From Dehalococcoidia bacterium (GTDB taxonomy: Bacteria; Chloroflexota; Dehalococcoidia; Plut-88900), in assembly GCA_965207225.1 (NCBI GenBank), contig CBDBLV010000005.1, positions 288,001-352,000 of the forward strand: a stretch of 64,000 nt of DNA, in the 5' to 3' direction. The translations under genes were made by a program, and so were the position numbers. Of this stretch, positions 9,672-19,300 are shown piece by piece; positions within the stretch are counted from its first letter, which is position 1; each line of letters begins with the position of its first letter. The notes beneath the pieces were generated by a model. The model was not told the origin of the DNA. It searched no databases and was given only the letters and a program-made list of their open reading frames with translations.

Positions 9672-10031
9672 CTAAAACGGCCTTCCCCGCAACCGGCGCG
9701 GCAATAGCTTCTGCCCGACTGGGTCCACTACTAACCCGAACTCTTCTAGGGCCAGGGCCCCCAGCAGGGGCTCTGTGTCATCGCCGAACACCACCTGGCA
9801 CACCTCCTCCCGACCATCGTACCTGATCAGCGCCCGCCCCACGGGATATTCCCTCATCGAGCCGTCAGCCAACTCCAAACCCTCGGATTTGTATGGCTTG
9901 ACTCCCGCCTTCTCCAGTATCCCTCTCGGAATCAACGAGTAGTGAGCGCCAGTATCAACGGTCGCCTTGACCCGTTGAAATTCCTCGCCCTCAATATTGG
10001 ATACGCCTATCGTCACTGAGAACATTCCCAT
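9672..10031 (-). CDS. Clan AA retropepsin-like aspartyl protease
   Basis: VDTGA catalytic motif, LADG, LLGALALE. Confidence 0.85.
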   Translation of the reverse strand: MGMFSVTIGVSNIEGEEFQRVKATVDTGAHYSLIPRGILEKAGVKPYKSEGLELADGSMREYPVGRALIRYDGREEVCQVVFGDDTEPLLGALALEEFGLVVDPVGQKLLPRRLRGRPF

Positions 10032-10306
10032 ATCTGTCACCTTGCTTATACTATACCTGAAGGAATGCCATGGCACAATTGGACTAATTTCATCATTTTC
10101 CTTGGAGAACGCCTTCACCCTCTAAGCTCTTGTCATCATCTCCCCCCGTTTACACCCCACCACCCCCTTCCCCCACAGAAACACCAGTGCTATAATCTCC
10201 CCAAACTTGGGCCCGCCGCCCGCATCCCGCGAAACCCACCATGCCCCCCCAAATCCCAACCTACACCATCCCCACCAAAATGCCGTGAAAATTTTCTCTC
10301 CCCTGT

Positions 10307-10430
10307 TTAGCCGTCATTCAATCAAACCCGCTATGAGTTCAATCAACGTTCAATCACCCTTCAATCAAGTTCAATCATTCTTCAATCAAACTCAATCAAC
10401 TTCAATCGAGTACAATCAACCTTCAATCAT
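10307..10430 (+). repeat. Phased TTCAATC array (10 units)
   Basis: Units at 10317, 10338, 10349, 10360, 10370, 10381, 10391, 10401, 10411, 10422. Confidence 0.85.
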
Positions 10431-10460
10431 CACCCATCTCGCCCCCCCAGGAGGTTCGCC

Positions 10461-11447
10461 ATGTCCCCTGCCCAGAAGATGAAAAAGCTCGTAGTCTGTG
10501 ACGACGGCGTCGCTACCATCAAGGAAGACGGCCTGGAGCCTTACGCCCGTACCCTCGCCGATGAGTTCGTCATCTACCGAGACGCCACCGCCGACAACGA
10601 GGAGCTTATCCGGCGCTGCCAGGGCGCCGACGCCGTGATTAGCATTCTCTCAACTTCCATCTTCACCCGCGACCTCATGACCCGCTGCCCCGACCTCCGA
10701 ATCGTTTCTATTTGGGCCGCCGGCGTCAACAACGTAGACCTGGATGCCGCCAGGGAGCTGGGCGTCACTATCTGCAACACCCCCGGCTACGGCAACATCG
10801 GGGTGGGCGAACACACTCTGGCTCTCATGCTGGCCGTCGCCCGAAACATCAACCAGGTCGACAGGCGGATGCGCGACGGCGAGTGGGTTAAGGAGCCCCT
10901 GGTCCAGCTTCACGGCAAGACCCTCGGGGTGCTGGGGGCGGGGCCCATCGCCCAGCGGGTCATGGAGCTGGGCCGTCTCATCGGCATGGACGTCATCGCC
11001 TGGACCCTGAACCCGACCCCGGAGCGCGCCGCCGAATACAACGTCGAGTTCGTCGACGTCGACACCCTCTGCCAGAAGGCCGACGTCGTAGCCGCCATCA
11101 TCGCCCTTTCCGACAAGACCCATCACGTCATCGGGCGCAAGCAGCTTGAGATGATGAAGCCCAGCGCGATAGTCGTGAACACGGGCCGGGGTGCGCTCAT
11201 CGACGAGGATGCCCTTTACGAGTTCCTCCGGGATGGCAAGATCAAGGCTGCGGGCCTCGACGTTTTCGGTACCGAGCCCCTCCCCGCCAACCACCCCTTC
11301 ACCGAACTGGACAACGTGGTTATGACCTCCCACGTCGCTGCCCACACCCCCGAGACCACCCAGGCCGGCGTCAAAATGTCCCTCGACAACATCGCCACCT
11401 TCAGCGAAGGCAGCCCCCAAAACGTCTTCTCACCCGGATTCCGGTAG
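10461..11447 (+). CDS. D-2-hydroxyacid dehydrogenase (SerA-like)
   Basis: GKTLGVLGAGPIA, VNTGRG, GLDVFGTEP. Confidence 0.9.
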   Translation: MSPAQKMKKLVVCDDGVATIKEDGLEPYARTLADEFVIYRDATADNEELIRRCQGADAVISILSTSIFTRDLMTRCPDLRIVSIWAAGVNNVDLDAARELGVTICNTPGYGNIGVGEHTLALMLAVARNINQVDRRMRDGEWVKEPLVQLHGKTLGVLGAGPIAQRVMELGRLIGMDVIAWTLNPTPERAAEYNVEFVDVDTLCQKADVVAAIIALSDKTHHVIGRKQLEMMKPSAIVVNTGRGALIDEDALYEFLRDGKIKAAGLDVFGTEPLPANHPFTELDNVVMTSHVAAHTPETTQAGVKMSLDNIATFSEGSPQNVFSPGFR

Positions 11448-11586
11448 AAGACTGGCTCGCACCCGCTCACAATGCCGTCAGCGAATTATCTAACGCTTAC
11501 AATTCCAGCCCCCGAGCGGGAATCCAGGGGTGGAGTGATGGGAGCGCTTGTCACCACTCTATTGCATGTGATAGTCTAAGCATGTC

Positions 11587-11883
11587 ATGACCGACGCCAT
11601 CGTCTTCGACAGCCATAGATTTGTCAGGAACCTCACCGCCAGCGGCTTCACCGAACGCCAGGCCGAAGCCCTCGCCAACGAGCAGGTCCAGCTCCTTAAC
11701 GCCAATCTCGCCACCAAAGCCGACCTGGAAGCCGTCCGGTCCGACCTTGAGGCGAGGATTACGAGCGTCCAGGCCGACCTTCAGGTGAAGATTGCCAATG
11801 TCAAGTCCGACCTGTTGAAATGGATGTTTGCCGCCTTCGTCGCCCAGGGCGGCGTGATAGCCACCTTAATCACCCTGCTCTAA
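11587..11883 (+). CDS. DUF1640/CCDC90-like coiled-coil protein
   Basis: FDSHRFVRNLTASGFTERQAEAL, LATKADL, C-terminal TM. Confidence 0.8.
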   Translation: MTDAIVFDSHRFVRNLTASGFTERQAEALANEQVQLLNANLATKADLEAVRSDLEARITSVQADLQVKIANVKSDLLKWMFAAFVAQGGVIATLITLL

Positions 11884-11982
11884 GACTATTCATCCCAACC
11901 CGCACGGCCGCTCATCTTGAGCAGGCTCAAAGGGTCGAGCGGCGGGAGACCTGGGCCCGACTATTCTTCACATTCACCAACC

Positions 11983-12816
11983 CTACCCGAACAACGCCCT
12001 CCCCACCTCCCGTACCCCCTCCAGATCAAACGGCGGATAGATGTCTAGCACCACCCTGTCGACACCCTCCTCCTCCTTCCGACCCACGTACCCCTTGGGA
12101 TCTGCCTTCACTTCATCATCCAGCCTGTCGGATATCGATATCTCGAACTCGTCCCTCGACTTCCCAACCCTCGCAAGCTCCTCCAGCACGATGGGCTTTA
12201 GCCGGTAAAACTTCGGGTGCTCCTCCTCCCTCCACCCCCGCGGAGCCTCGCAGTTCCACCCGTCCCCCACCCTCACGGCATTCCTCGCCGACATAGGCCC
12301 CAGCCCCGCTACCATCACCGGCGGAACGGGCTCCGGTACGGGCGTCGATATAACACCCGCGGCGGTGTAGTACTTGCCCTTGTAGCTGATCCGCTCGCCG
12401 GTCCACATGAGCCGCATCAGCTCCACTGCCTCGCCGACCCGTTCCACCCGCTCCCTGCCCGATGGAAAGGGCCTGTTGAACCCGACCTGCTCCTTGGGCC
12501 GGGCCCCTGCGCCTATGCCCAGCTCTACCCTGCCTCCCGAGACCTGCTGCACGGTGGCGACCGTCTTCGCCAGCACGTCCGGCGCCCGATTCAGCACATT
12601 AGCAACGAAGCTCCCGAGCTTGACGGTCCGGGTTGCCTCAGCTAGGCCCGAGAGCAGCGTCCAGCAATCCAGGACCGGCTCATCGTCGTCGTTGAAAGAC
12701 AGCAGGTGGTCCCACGTCCACAATGACTCAAACCCCGACTCCTCCACCGCAATCGCCGCCTCCCGACACTCAAGATACGTCGTCCCAAACGGCACTATGC
12801 AAATCCCAACCTTCAT
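11983..12816 (-). CDS. LLM-class oxidoreductase
   Basis: SLWTWDHL, SGGRVELGIGAG. Confidence 0.88.
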   Translation of the reverse strand: MKVGICIVPFGTTYLECREAAIAVEESGFESLWTWDHLLSFNDDDEPVLDCWTLLSGLAEATRTVKLGSFVANVLNRAPDVLAKTVATVQQVSGGRVELGIGAGARPKEQVGFNRPFPSGRERVERVGEAVELMRLMWTGERISYKGKYYTAAGVISTPVPEPVPPVMVAGLGPMSARNAVRVGDGWNCEAPRGWREEEHPKFYRLKPIVLEELARVGKSRDEFEISISDRLDDEVKADPKGYVGRKEEEGVDRVVLDIYPPFDLEGVREVGRALFG

Positions 12817-12978
12817 CGTTGTCTCACTTTCCCATTCTACTAAATGGCTGCCTCCCACCTGTCATTCCGATGCCCCGCGAGGAATCTGGGGCTGGGATGT
12901 CCCCTTCCCCCAGTATTGAACTAGAGGGAGACCCCATGCGCTCTAGCGCAAGGGGGAGAGGGTTCCTTCCCCCGGCCC

Positions 12979-13968
12979 CTACTTCGAGGGAAACAGCACC
13001 GCCAGCAGATCAATAATCAGCTTCGCCGTGAATCGGGTCGTCGTCTCCGCGTGATCATACGGCGGCGCCACCTCCACAAAGTCGCACCCGACAATGTTCA
13101 CCCGATTCGCCAGCGCAATCAGCGCATCCCGCATCTCGAAGTAATACAGCCCACCCGGGGCCGGAGTCCCGGTCCCCGGCATCTGCACCGGGTCCATCGA
13201 GTCGATGTCCACCGTCAGGTACACGTCCCCGCCCGACGGCACCTGCTCTATCGCCGCTTCCGACCCCATGGCCCGCATCTCGTCCGTCGTGATTATCTTG
13301 ACGCCCTTGGCTATGGCGTCCTCGTACACGTCGGGCCGAGCCATCCGTATGCCCAGCGACGTGATGTTCCGTACGTTCGGCAGGTCGAAACAGCGGCGGA
13401 TGGGGCAGCCGTGGTGGTAGAAGGTGCCCTGCAGCTCGTGGCTGAAGTCTATGTGGGCGTCGAAGTGGACCACGTCCAGGTCCTTGTAGCTGTCGAAACC
13501 CCTGACCGCCGGAAACGTGATCGAGTGGTCTCCCCCGATGATGACCGGAAACGATCCGCGGTCGATGATCTTCCTCACCGCGTGGGTGATCTTCGCAAAG
13601 TTGTTCTCCAGGTCCGCCGGGATGATTGTCACGTTACCGCAGTCGGCCATCGTCACGCCCCGGAGCATCATCTCCTTGCGGTCGATGTCGAAGTAGCCCT
13701 GGGCCTCCTTGTCCTCGAAGGTGTCCATGTAGTCGTAGATGCGGTCGACGTAGCGGATGCCGTTGGGGCCGTACCGGGCCCCGGGCCGCGCGTAGGTCCC
13801 CTGGTCGTACGGCACCCCGAGAAACGCCACGTCCGCATCCAGCGTGTCCAGGTCGTTCACCAGCGGCGTGTGGAAGAACGACATCGGCACCGCCCGGGTC
13901 GCGGGCCACGGCCCATCCCAACCATCCTTCAGCTCCAACGACCTATTAGGCTCATGCTCAGTAGTCAT
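12979..13968 (-). CDS. speB: Agmatinase/ureohydrolase
   Basis: GGDHSIT, DAHID, DIDSMDP, PGTGTP. Confidence 0.85.
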   Translation of the reverse strand: MTTEHEPNRSLELKDGWDGPWPATRAVPMSFFHTPLVNDLDTLDADVAFLGVPYDQGTYARPGARYGPNGIRYVDRIYDYMDTFEDKEAQGYFDIDRKEMMLRGVTMADCGNVTIIPADLENNFAKITHAVRKIIDRGSFPVIIGGDHSITFPAVRGFDSYKDLDVVHFDAHIDFSHELQGTFYHHGCPIRRCFDLPNVRNITSLGIRMARPDVYEDAIAKGVKIITTDEMRAMGSEAAIEQVPSGGDVYLTVDIDSMDPVQMPGTGTPAPGGLYYFEMRDALIALANRVNIVGCDFVEVAPPYDHAETTTRFTAKLIIDLLAVLFPSK

Positions 13969-14393
13969 AACACACCTCCACGGGGATTTCGGGGCTAGGG
14001 GTGGGGATTATACAACGTGGAGGAGGAGGGATGGGTCGGGTCGACAGAATATATCACTGAAGTCGAAATGCATAATCAACAGGATAGCGAGGCCCTCTCA
14101 TCAAAGGTAGCGGAAGAACGCGGTTACATGAGAGTGCTAATGACATATGAATTAACGTACAATCTACCAGTTGACGAGTGTCTATTCTTGTTCTTAGAAA
14201 AATCGAATTAACCAGCCGTAGCAGTCTAATAACCGCACTGTACGAGGATAGGATTAAGCACTCGAATGAAGCGCAAGAGAGAAGAAACTGTGTTCAATTG
14301 CTAAAATGTGAGGACATTTAAGTGCAGGATAGACCCATCTAGGATAGAAGGTGATAGGCAATTGTTGGATTCTCTATTGTTTCCTGTAATCTC

Positions 14394-14873
14394 ATGAGCG
14401 TGATACAAATGTCCCTCAACTTTCCCCTCGATTCTGACGGCTTCCTCCGGCGCGCCTGCCCCAACTGTGTTCGAGAGTTCAAATGGCTAATAGAGGGAGG
14501 TAGTCCAGCTGCTAATCCGCCTGAACAATACTACTGTCCTTACTGCGGATCATCAGCTGGGCCGCACGACTGGTTTACTTCGGAACAGATTGCCTTTATT
14601 GAATCAGAGGTGGTCGATGAAACCTTAAGACCATCATTGGAAGAAATATCAAAATCTCTTCGACGTTTAGAGCAGTCGTCTGGAGGTCTCATCAAATTCT
14701 CCACCAGTATCGAAGGACTGGAACGAAAGCAAGCGGCTCCAGTATTCGAGCCAAATGACATGAAGCAAGTAGATTTCACTTGCCATCCTTCTGAACCTCT
14801 AAAGATTGACGACGCGTGGATTGACAAAGTGCATTGTCGCCTCTGTGGACAACTTTCCGATGCCACGACATAA
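14394..14873 (+). CDS. Cys-rich Zn-ribbon hypothetical protein
   Basis: CPNC, CPYCG, CRLCG; AT-richer islet. Confidence 0.75.
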   Translation: MSVIQMSLNFPLDSDGFLRRACPNCVREFKWLIEGGSPAANPPEQYYCPYCGSSAGPHDWFTSEQIAFIESEVVDETLRPSLEEISKSLRRLEQSSGGLIKFSTSIEGLERKQAAPVFEPNDMKQVDFTCHPSEPLKIDDAWIDKVHCRLCGQLSDATT

Positions 14874-16218
14874 CAAGGGCGAGTTAATCGGCGAATGGGA
14901 ACTCATAGAATTTCTCGGCCAAGGTGGTAACGCGGAAGTTTGGCGGGCAACCAAGGGCGAAGAAATCATTGCTCTAAAGATCCTTAAACAGAAGAAGGCA
15001 GACTCAGAATCCTACCAGCGATTTCGTCAAGAGATTCAGGCGCTCAGAAGGATCGGTGCTCACCCTGGCATCATGCCGTTGCTTGACGCCGATCTTCCGA
15101 ATCTCCCCACAAAAGCCCGTCCAGCCTGGTTGGGTATGCCTATTGCGACCCCTCTGGCTCAGGCGCTATCGAATTCTTCCCTTCGCGAGGTCGTAGTCGC
15201 GGTTGCTGAAATAGCGAATACCCTAACGTACCTGCATGAGCAATTTTACATACACCACAGGGATATCAAGCCTACAAACCTGTACCTGCATAATGGACGC
15301 CCAACAATTTCTGATTTCGGACTCGCTGACATTCCTGATTCAGAAGATTTTACGGTTGCTGGACAACCTCTCGGGCCTAAGTTCTTCATTGCATATGAGA
15401 TGATTGCTGATCCATCTGAGGCAGAATCTGGACCTTCGGACGTCTTTTCGTTGGCAAAAACGCTATGGGTACTATGTGTAGATCAGCGTTGGCCCCCACA
15501 GGGTGAGCAGAAGGCTACAAATGAGGCGTATTCAATCGACAAATACCGACCTCATCCCCTTTCTCATCAACTCGATAAGCTAATTGAGCGGTGCACCCGG
15601 CACAAGCCCCAAGCGCGGCCTTCAATGAAGGAGGTTGCAGATGATTTGATTGGCTGGATAGCACTAGATGATGCCACCCCTCAGCAGGCAGTCGACTTAT
15701 CGGAGAAATGGAGCAAACTCCGAGAAACTGCAGAACCGAAACTTCGTCAAGTCCGCAAGGAGACCGAACAACTGCAATGTTTCCGAGCTGCTGTTCGAAA
15801 GTTCCAAGAACTAATTGAGCCGCTGCACAGCGAGATTCGCCAACAATACCCTGCAGCAGAGTTTAACCAACGTCGAAAATTCATAGATTCGTTCTTTTAC
15901 GAATTTCACAAGCACGAAGTAACTAACGAAGATATCAGAGCAACTATACTCTCGGGATCTGGCTGGAATCCTATCCTGCTCGCTATCGGGATCGCCATTC
16001 GGACTCGGTCGGACGGTGATTTGGAGTTCGGTGGGATGTTTTATTTGGGTCAGACGGAGACTATGGGGGGGAAAATTGACTTCTGGCAGTCAGAGCGTCA
16101 GAGGATTCCCTGCGGTTCCATTGCTCTTGAAGCCAAGCTCTCACAATTGGCTACCGAGATGCAAGCTTTGTTTCCTTCGTGGCTGGACAAGTTTATATTG
16201 GCTCTAGCAAGTGCATAG
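14860..16218 (+). CDS. Hanks-type Ser/Thr protein kinase with unknown C-terminal domain
   Basis: LGQGGNAEV, ALK, HRDIKPTN, DFG; no TM segment. Confidence 0.9.
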   Translation: MPRHNKGELIGEWELIEFLGQGGNAEVWRATKGEEIIALKILKQKKADSESYQRFRQEIQALRRIGAHPGIMPLLDADLPNLPTKARPAWLGMPIATPLAQALSNSSLREVVVAVAEIANTLTYLHEQFYIHHRDIKPTNLYLHNGRPTISDFGLADIPDSEDFTVAGQPLGPKFFIAYEMIADPSEAESGPSDVFSLAKTLWVLCVDQRWPPQGEQKATNEAYSIDKYRPHPLSHQLDKLIERCTRHKPQARPSMKEVADDLIGWIALDDATPQQAVDLSEKWSKLRETAEPKLRQVRKETEQLQCFRAAVRKFQELIEPLHSEIRQQYPAAEFNQRRKFIDSFFYEFHKHEVTNEDIRATILSGSGWNPILLAIGIAIRTRSDGDLEFGGMFYLGQTETMGGKIDFWQSERQRIPCGSIALEAKLSQLATEMQALFPSWLDKFILALASA

Positions 16219-16318
16219 CCATGATTGTTCCTTACGTCCTCTGCTCTCTTCTCCTCTAACCCGTTGCCGACCCCCTCACCCAGGGAAGGCCGGCCCCCTT
16301 TTTACGCCCCTTTAGTTC

Positions 16319-16960
16319 CTATGCACTCAATCGGAACGGAGGGTACCTGTCCGTCGTCAGCAGGAACGCGTACGCCCCGACCCGGTAGCTCCACCTCATC
16401 ACCCCGACAACGAAGTTGAACAGCGCCTCGGGATACCGGCCCAGGACCAGAATCGACAGCCAGGCCAGTATCGTAGCCACTATAGCCAGCGCACACAGGA
16501 TGGCCAGAATGATGTAGTGCGGGATCGCCAGCAGCCACTTGAAGATCGGCAGGACCCGGTTCAGCTCGGTCTCGGCGTTCGGATACTCGATCTGCAGATG
16601 TACCGACTGCTCTTCATCCGTGGACGGGTACTCGTCACGGAGTACCAGGATGAACGACTCGATCCTCGTCGTGAACCGGCTCAGCTCCAGGTTCCAGTCG
16701 AACCACCACTTGGGGTACTTCTTGCGGAACACGATCATCAGCAGCGGCCCGATCCACAGGACGCCACCGGCATATAGAGGCGCAAACGACTCGGTCAATT
16801 CCGCGTCTCCCATGTCGATATGCCCACCTATTGCGGCGCCCACGATAACGATCGGTATCGCCAGGATCAATCTGAACAGGACCGACAGCCGGTTCCTTGA
16901 CTCCGGATAGTCGACGGAAAACTGGACCGGGTAGTCGGAACTCGCTCCACTTTGAGCCAT
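16319..16960 (-). CDS. DUF4389 membrane protein
   Basis: Duplicated LAIP...YP units, TDRYPPF. Confidence 0.85.
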   Translation of the reverse strand: MAQSGASSDYPVQFSVDYPESRNRLSVLFRLILAIPIVIVGAAIGGHIDMGDAELTESFAPLYAGGVLWIGPLLMIVFRKKYPKWWFDWNLELSRFTTRIESFILVLRDEYPSTDEEQSVHLQIEYPNAETELNRVLPIFKWLLAIPHYIILAILCALAIVATILAWLSILVLGRYPEALFNFVVGVMRWSYRVGAYAFLLTTDRYPPFRLSA

Positions 16961-17050
16961 ATAAAACCCCCTATTGGAATTTGGAAACCCAGCCTATATT
17001 TACCCGCCGCTCAGCATAACAGAAGGGGGCTTCATGCCAAACCATCCCCA

Positions 17051-17092
17051 AAAAGAAGGACCGACCCCCCATTCAGGCGGGCCGGCCCCTCT
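17051..17092. terminator. Probable terminator after aminotransferase
   Basis: Imperfect GC stem next to A5 (U-run on minus strand). Confidence 0.45.
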
Positions 17093-17117
17093 GCGCCGTG
17101 TATCTTAAATCAGGCGT

Positions 17118-18446
17118 CTATGCTTCCGCTTCGACCGCCTTCAAAGACTCGTCGATGATCGACACTATCTCGTCCGCCTCGTCCCGGGTCAGGGTGAGGG
17201 GTGGGGCCAGGTAGAGGTACGGCTCCGTCCGGGTCAGCATGCCCCGGGCCTCGAGCTCCTGCACCAGCTTCTTCAGCTTCGGCGCACCCTTCTCGAACGG
17301 CTTGCCCGTGGCCTTGTCCTCCACGAATTCGATCGAGAGCATTAGGCCCTTGCCGTGCACTTCGCTGACTATGGAGTGCTCTTTCAGCGTCTCCAGCTGG
17401 CCCTTGAGGTACGCGCCCGTCTCCGCCGAGTTCTGCACCAGGTTCTCCCGCTCCATGATCTCCAGGTTGGCGACCGCCGCCGCCGCCCCCGCCGGGTGCC
17501 CCGAGTACGTGTACCCGTGGGTGAACGTCTTGTCCGCATCGCCCTTGAATGCGTCGTAGACCTTCGGGGTAACCATCACACCCCCGACCGGCTGGTAGCC
17601 GCTGGTCACGCCCTTGGCGAAGGTCATCAGGTCGGCGGTCACCCCCCAGTGCTCCATCGCGAACATCTTGCCCGTCCGCCCGAAGCCCGTGATCACCTCG
17701 TCGGCGACCATCAGGACACCGTACCGGTCGCAGATCTCCCGCAGCTTGGGCCAGTAGTCGTCATCGGGGACCTTCATGCCCTTGGGCACGGAGATTGGCT
17801 CGGTGATGAAACCTGCTATCGTCTCGGGGCCCTCGAACTTGATCAGGTCCTCGACCTCTTCCGCCGTCTCCCCGACAAACTTGGTGTCGATAAGCATCGG
17901 GTCCCAGATGTCCCGGTGCACCACTGGTGAGCTGTTCATGCTCAGCGCGCCCATGCTCACCCCGTGGTAAGACCCGCGCCGTGCGATGAACTTGGTGCGT
18001 CGGGGCTCGCCGTTGTTCACGTGATACTGCCGGATGATCTTCAGCGCCGTGTCAACCGCCTCGGAGCCGCCGCTGGCCAGGAAGACCCTGTCCAGGTCCC
18101 CGGGCGCCAGCTCGGCCAGCTTCTCGGCCAGCTTGATGGTCGGGACTGCGGGGTACATGAACGTGTTGGCGTAATGGACCGCGCTCAGCTGGTCGGCCAC
18201 CGCCTCCGCGATCTCCGTGCGCCCGTGGCCTACGTTCACCAGGAACAGCCCGCCTATCGCGTCGATATACGATTTGCCGTCGCTGTCGGTCATCCGGATC
18301 CCGTCACCCTCGACGATGACCTGCGGGCCACCTTTGCTCAGCAGGTCGTTGTACTGTGTGAAGGGCATCCACAGGTGGTCCATGGCGGCCTGTTTCAGGT
18401 CGCCGAAATCCACATCGGCATAAGTTTTGCCGTTTGACTTTGCCAT
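17118..18446 (-). CDS. Class III PLP aminotransferase
   Basis: GGSEAVDTALK, ADEVITGFGRTG, FAKGVTSGY. Confidence 0.92.
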   Translation of the reverse strand: MAKSNGKTYADVDFGDLKQAAMDHLWMPFTQYNDLLSKGGPQVIVEGDGIRMTDSDGKSYIDAIGGLFLVNVGHGRTEIAEAVADQLSAVHYANTFMYPAVPTIKLAEKLAELAPGDLDRVFLASGGSEAVDTALKIIRQYHVNNGEPRRTKFIARRGSYHGVSMGALSMNSSPVVHRDIWDPMLIDTKFVGETAEEVEDLIKFEGPETIAGFITEPISVPKGMKVPDDDYWPKLREICDRYGVLMVADEVITGFGRTGKMFAMEHWGVTADLMTFAKGVTSGYQPVGGVMVTPKVYDAFKGDADKTFTHGYTYSGHPAGAAAAVANLEIMERENLVQNSAETGAYLKGQLETLKEHSIVSEVHGKGLMLSIEFVEDKATGKPFEKGAPKLKKLVQELEARGMLTRTEPYLYLAPPLTLTRDEADEIVSIIDESLKAVEAEA

Positions 18447-18844
18447 TGGGTTCCTCCTTAAAAGGTCCGTCACCGGAACAATTGGGGGCATTATACACCC
18501 GACGCCTTGCCCCGCCACCCGAGATATAGCTGGCCGTTCAACCGTCGCTATCAGTCCCGAAACTTCGGGCCATAACCCTCTTCCCGGAACTTGTCGATGT
18601 CGAATGGGGGGTGGTCGGGAGGAATCTTGTCCCTCAATCCCCCAAGCATCGACAGGTCAATCTTCCGTTTTGGCGCTTTCTTGTCTTCCTTCTCTGTATC
18701 CATAGCTGAAGGTTAGTTTTGCTAGGCATGGGAGTCAAGACTGCATCGGTGAATAGCCATCGCTTCCCCACCCCCCCAATACGAAACTAAGAAATACTTG
18801 GTATCATGGCGCGCAGGCAAAAGGTTGAGTTCAGGAGGAGACCC

Positions 18845-19288
18845 GTGGCAGCGCTAAAGGTCCTGACCGCCCTATACCTGGTCCTGGTGGGAGCAGCCGT
18901 CGCCGTCCACTTCATCGTCGGCCTCTTCTATGACCCCGCCCTGGAAGGAACAGGCGCTACCGTCTGGCGAATCCTCGACCCCTTGATGGTCGCCGGTGTG
19001 TTCATCGTCATGCTCCTGGCCCTTGGTGCCAAGCGCCGCCGGGACGCCGACCCCGACAACGCCTCCATCGACCGACACTACCTGGAGGCCAACTTCACTT
19101 ACTACTTCTCCGTTGTCCTGCTCCTGGTCCTCCTCTGGAACTGGATCTCCTCCGAGTGGGTCGAGCCCGCCCAGGACATGTCCCTGCTCTGGATATTCAT
19201 CGACACCACCGTTCCCCCGCTCCTCGGCGCCGTCGGGTCCCGGCTCCTGCGTGGCGACTCCGCCTTCGATTGCTTCCCGAAACAATAA
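18845..19288 (+). CDS. Membrane hypothetical protein
   Basis: Four hydrophobic segments; AGGAGG before GTG. Confidence 0.65.
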   Translation: MAALKVLTALYLVLVGAAVAVHFIVGLFYDPALEGTGATVWRILDPLMVAGVFIVMLLALGAKRRRDADPDNASIDRHYLEANFTYYFSVVLLLVLLWNWISSEWVEPAQDMSLLWIFIDTTVPPLLGAVGSRLLRGDSAFDCFPKQ

Positions 19289-19300
19289 CCCTTCCACATT

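Noticed and set aside
10207-10482. 91-aa ORF spanning the TTCAATC array
   Set aside because: Low-complexity translation; unit lengths of 10-11 bp are not codon multiples, which points to a DNA-level signal.
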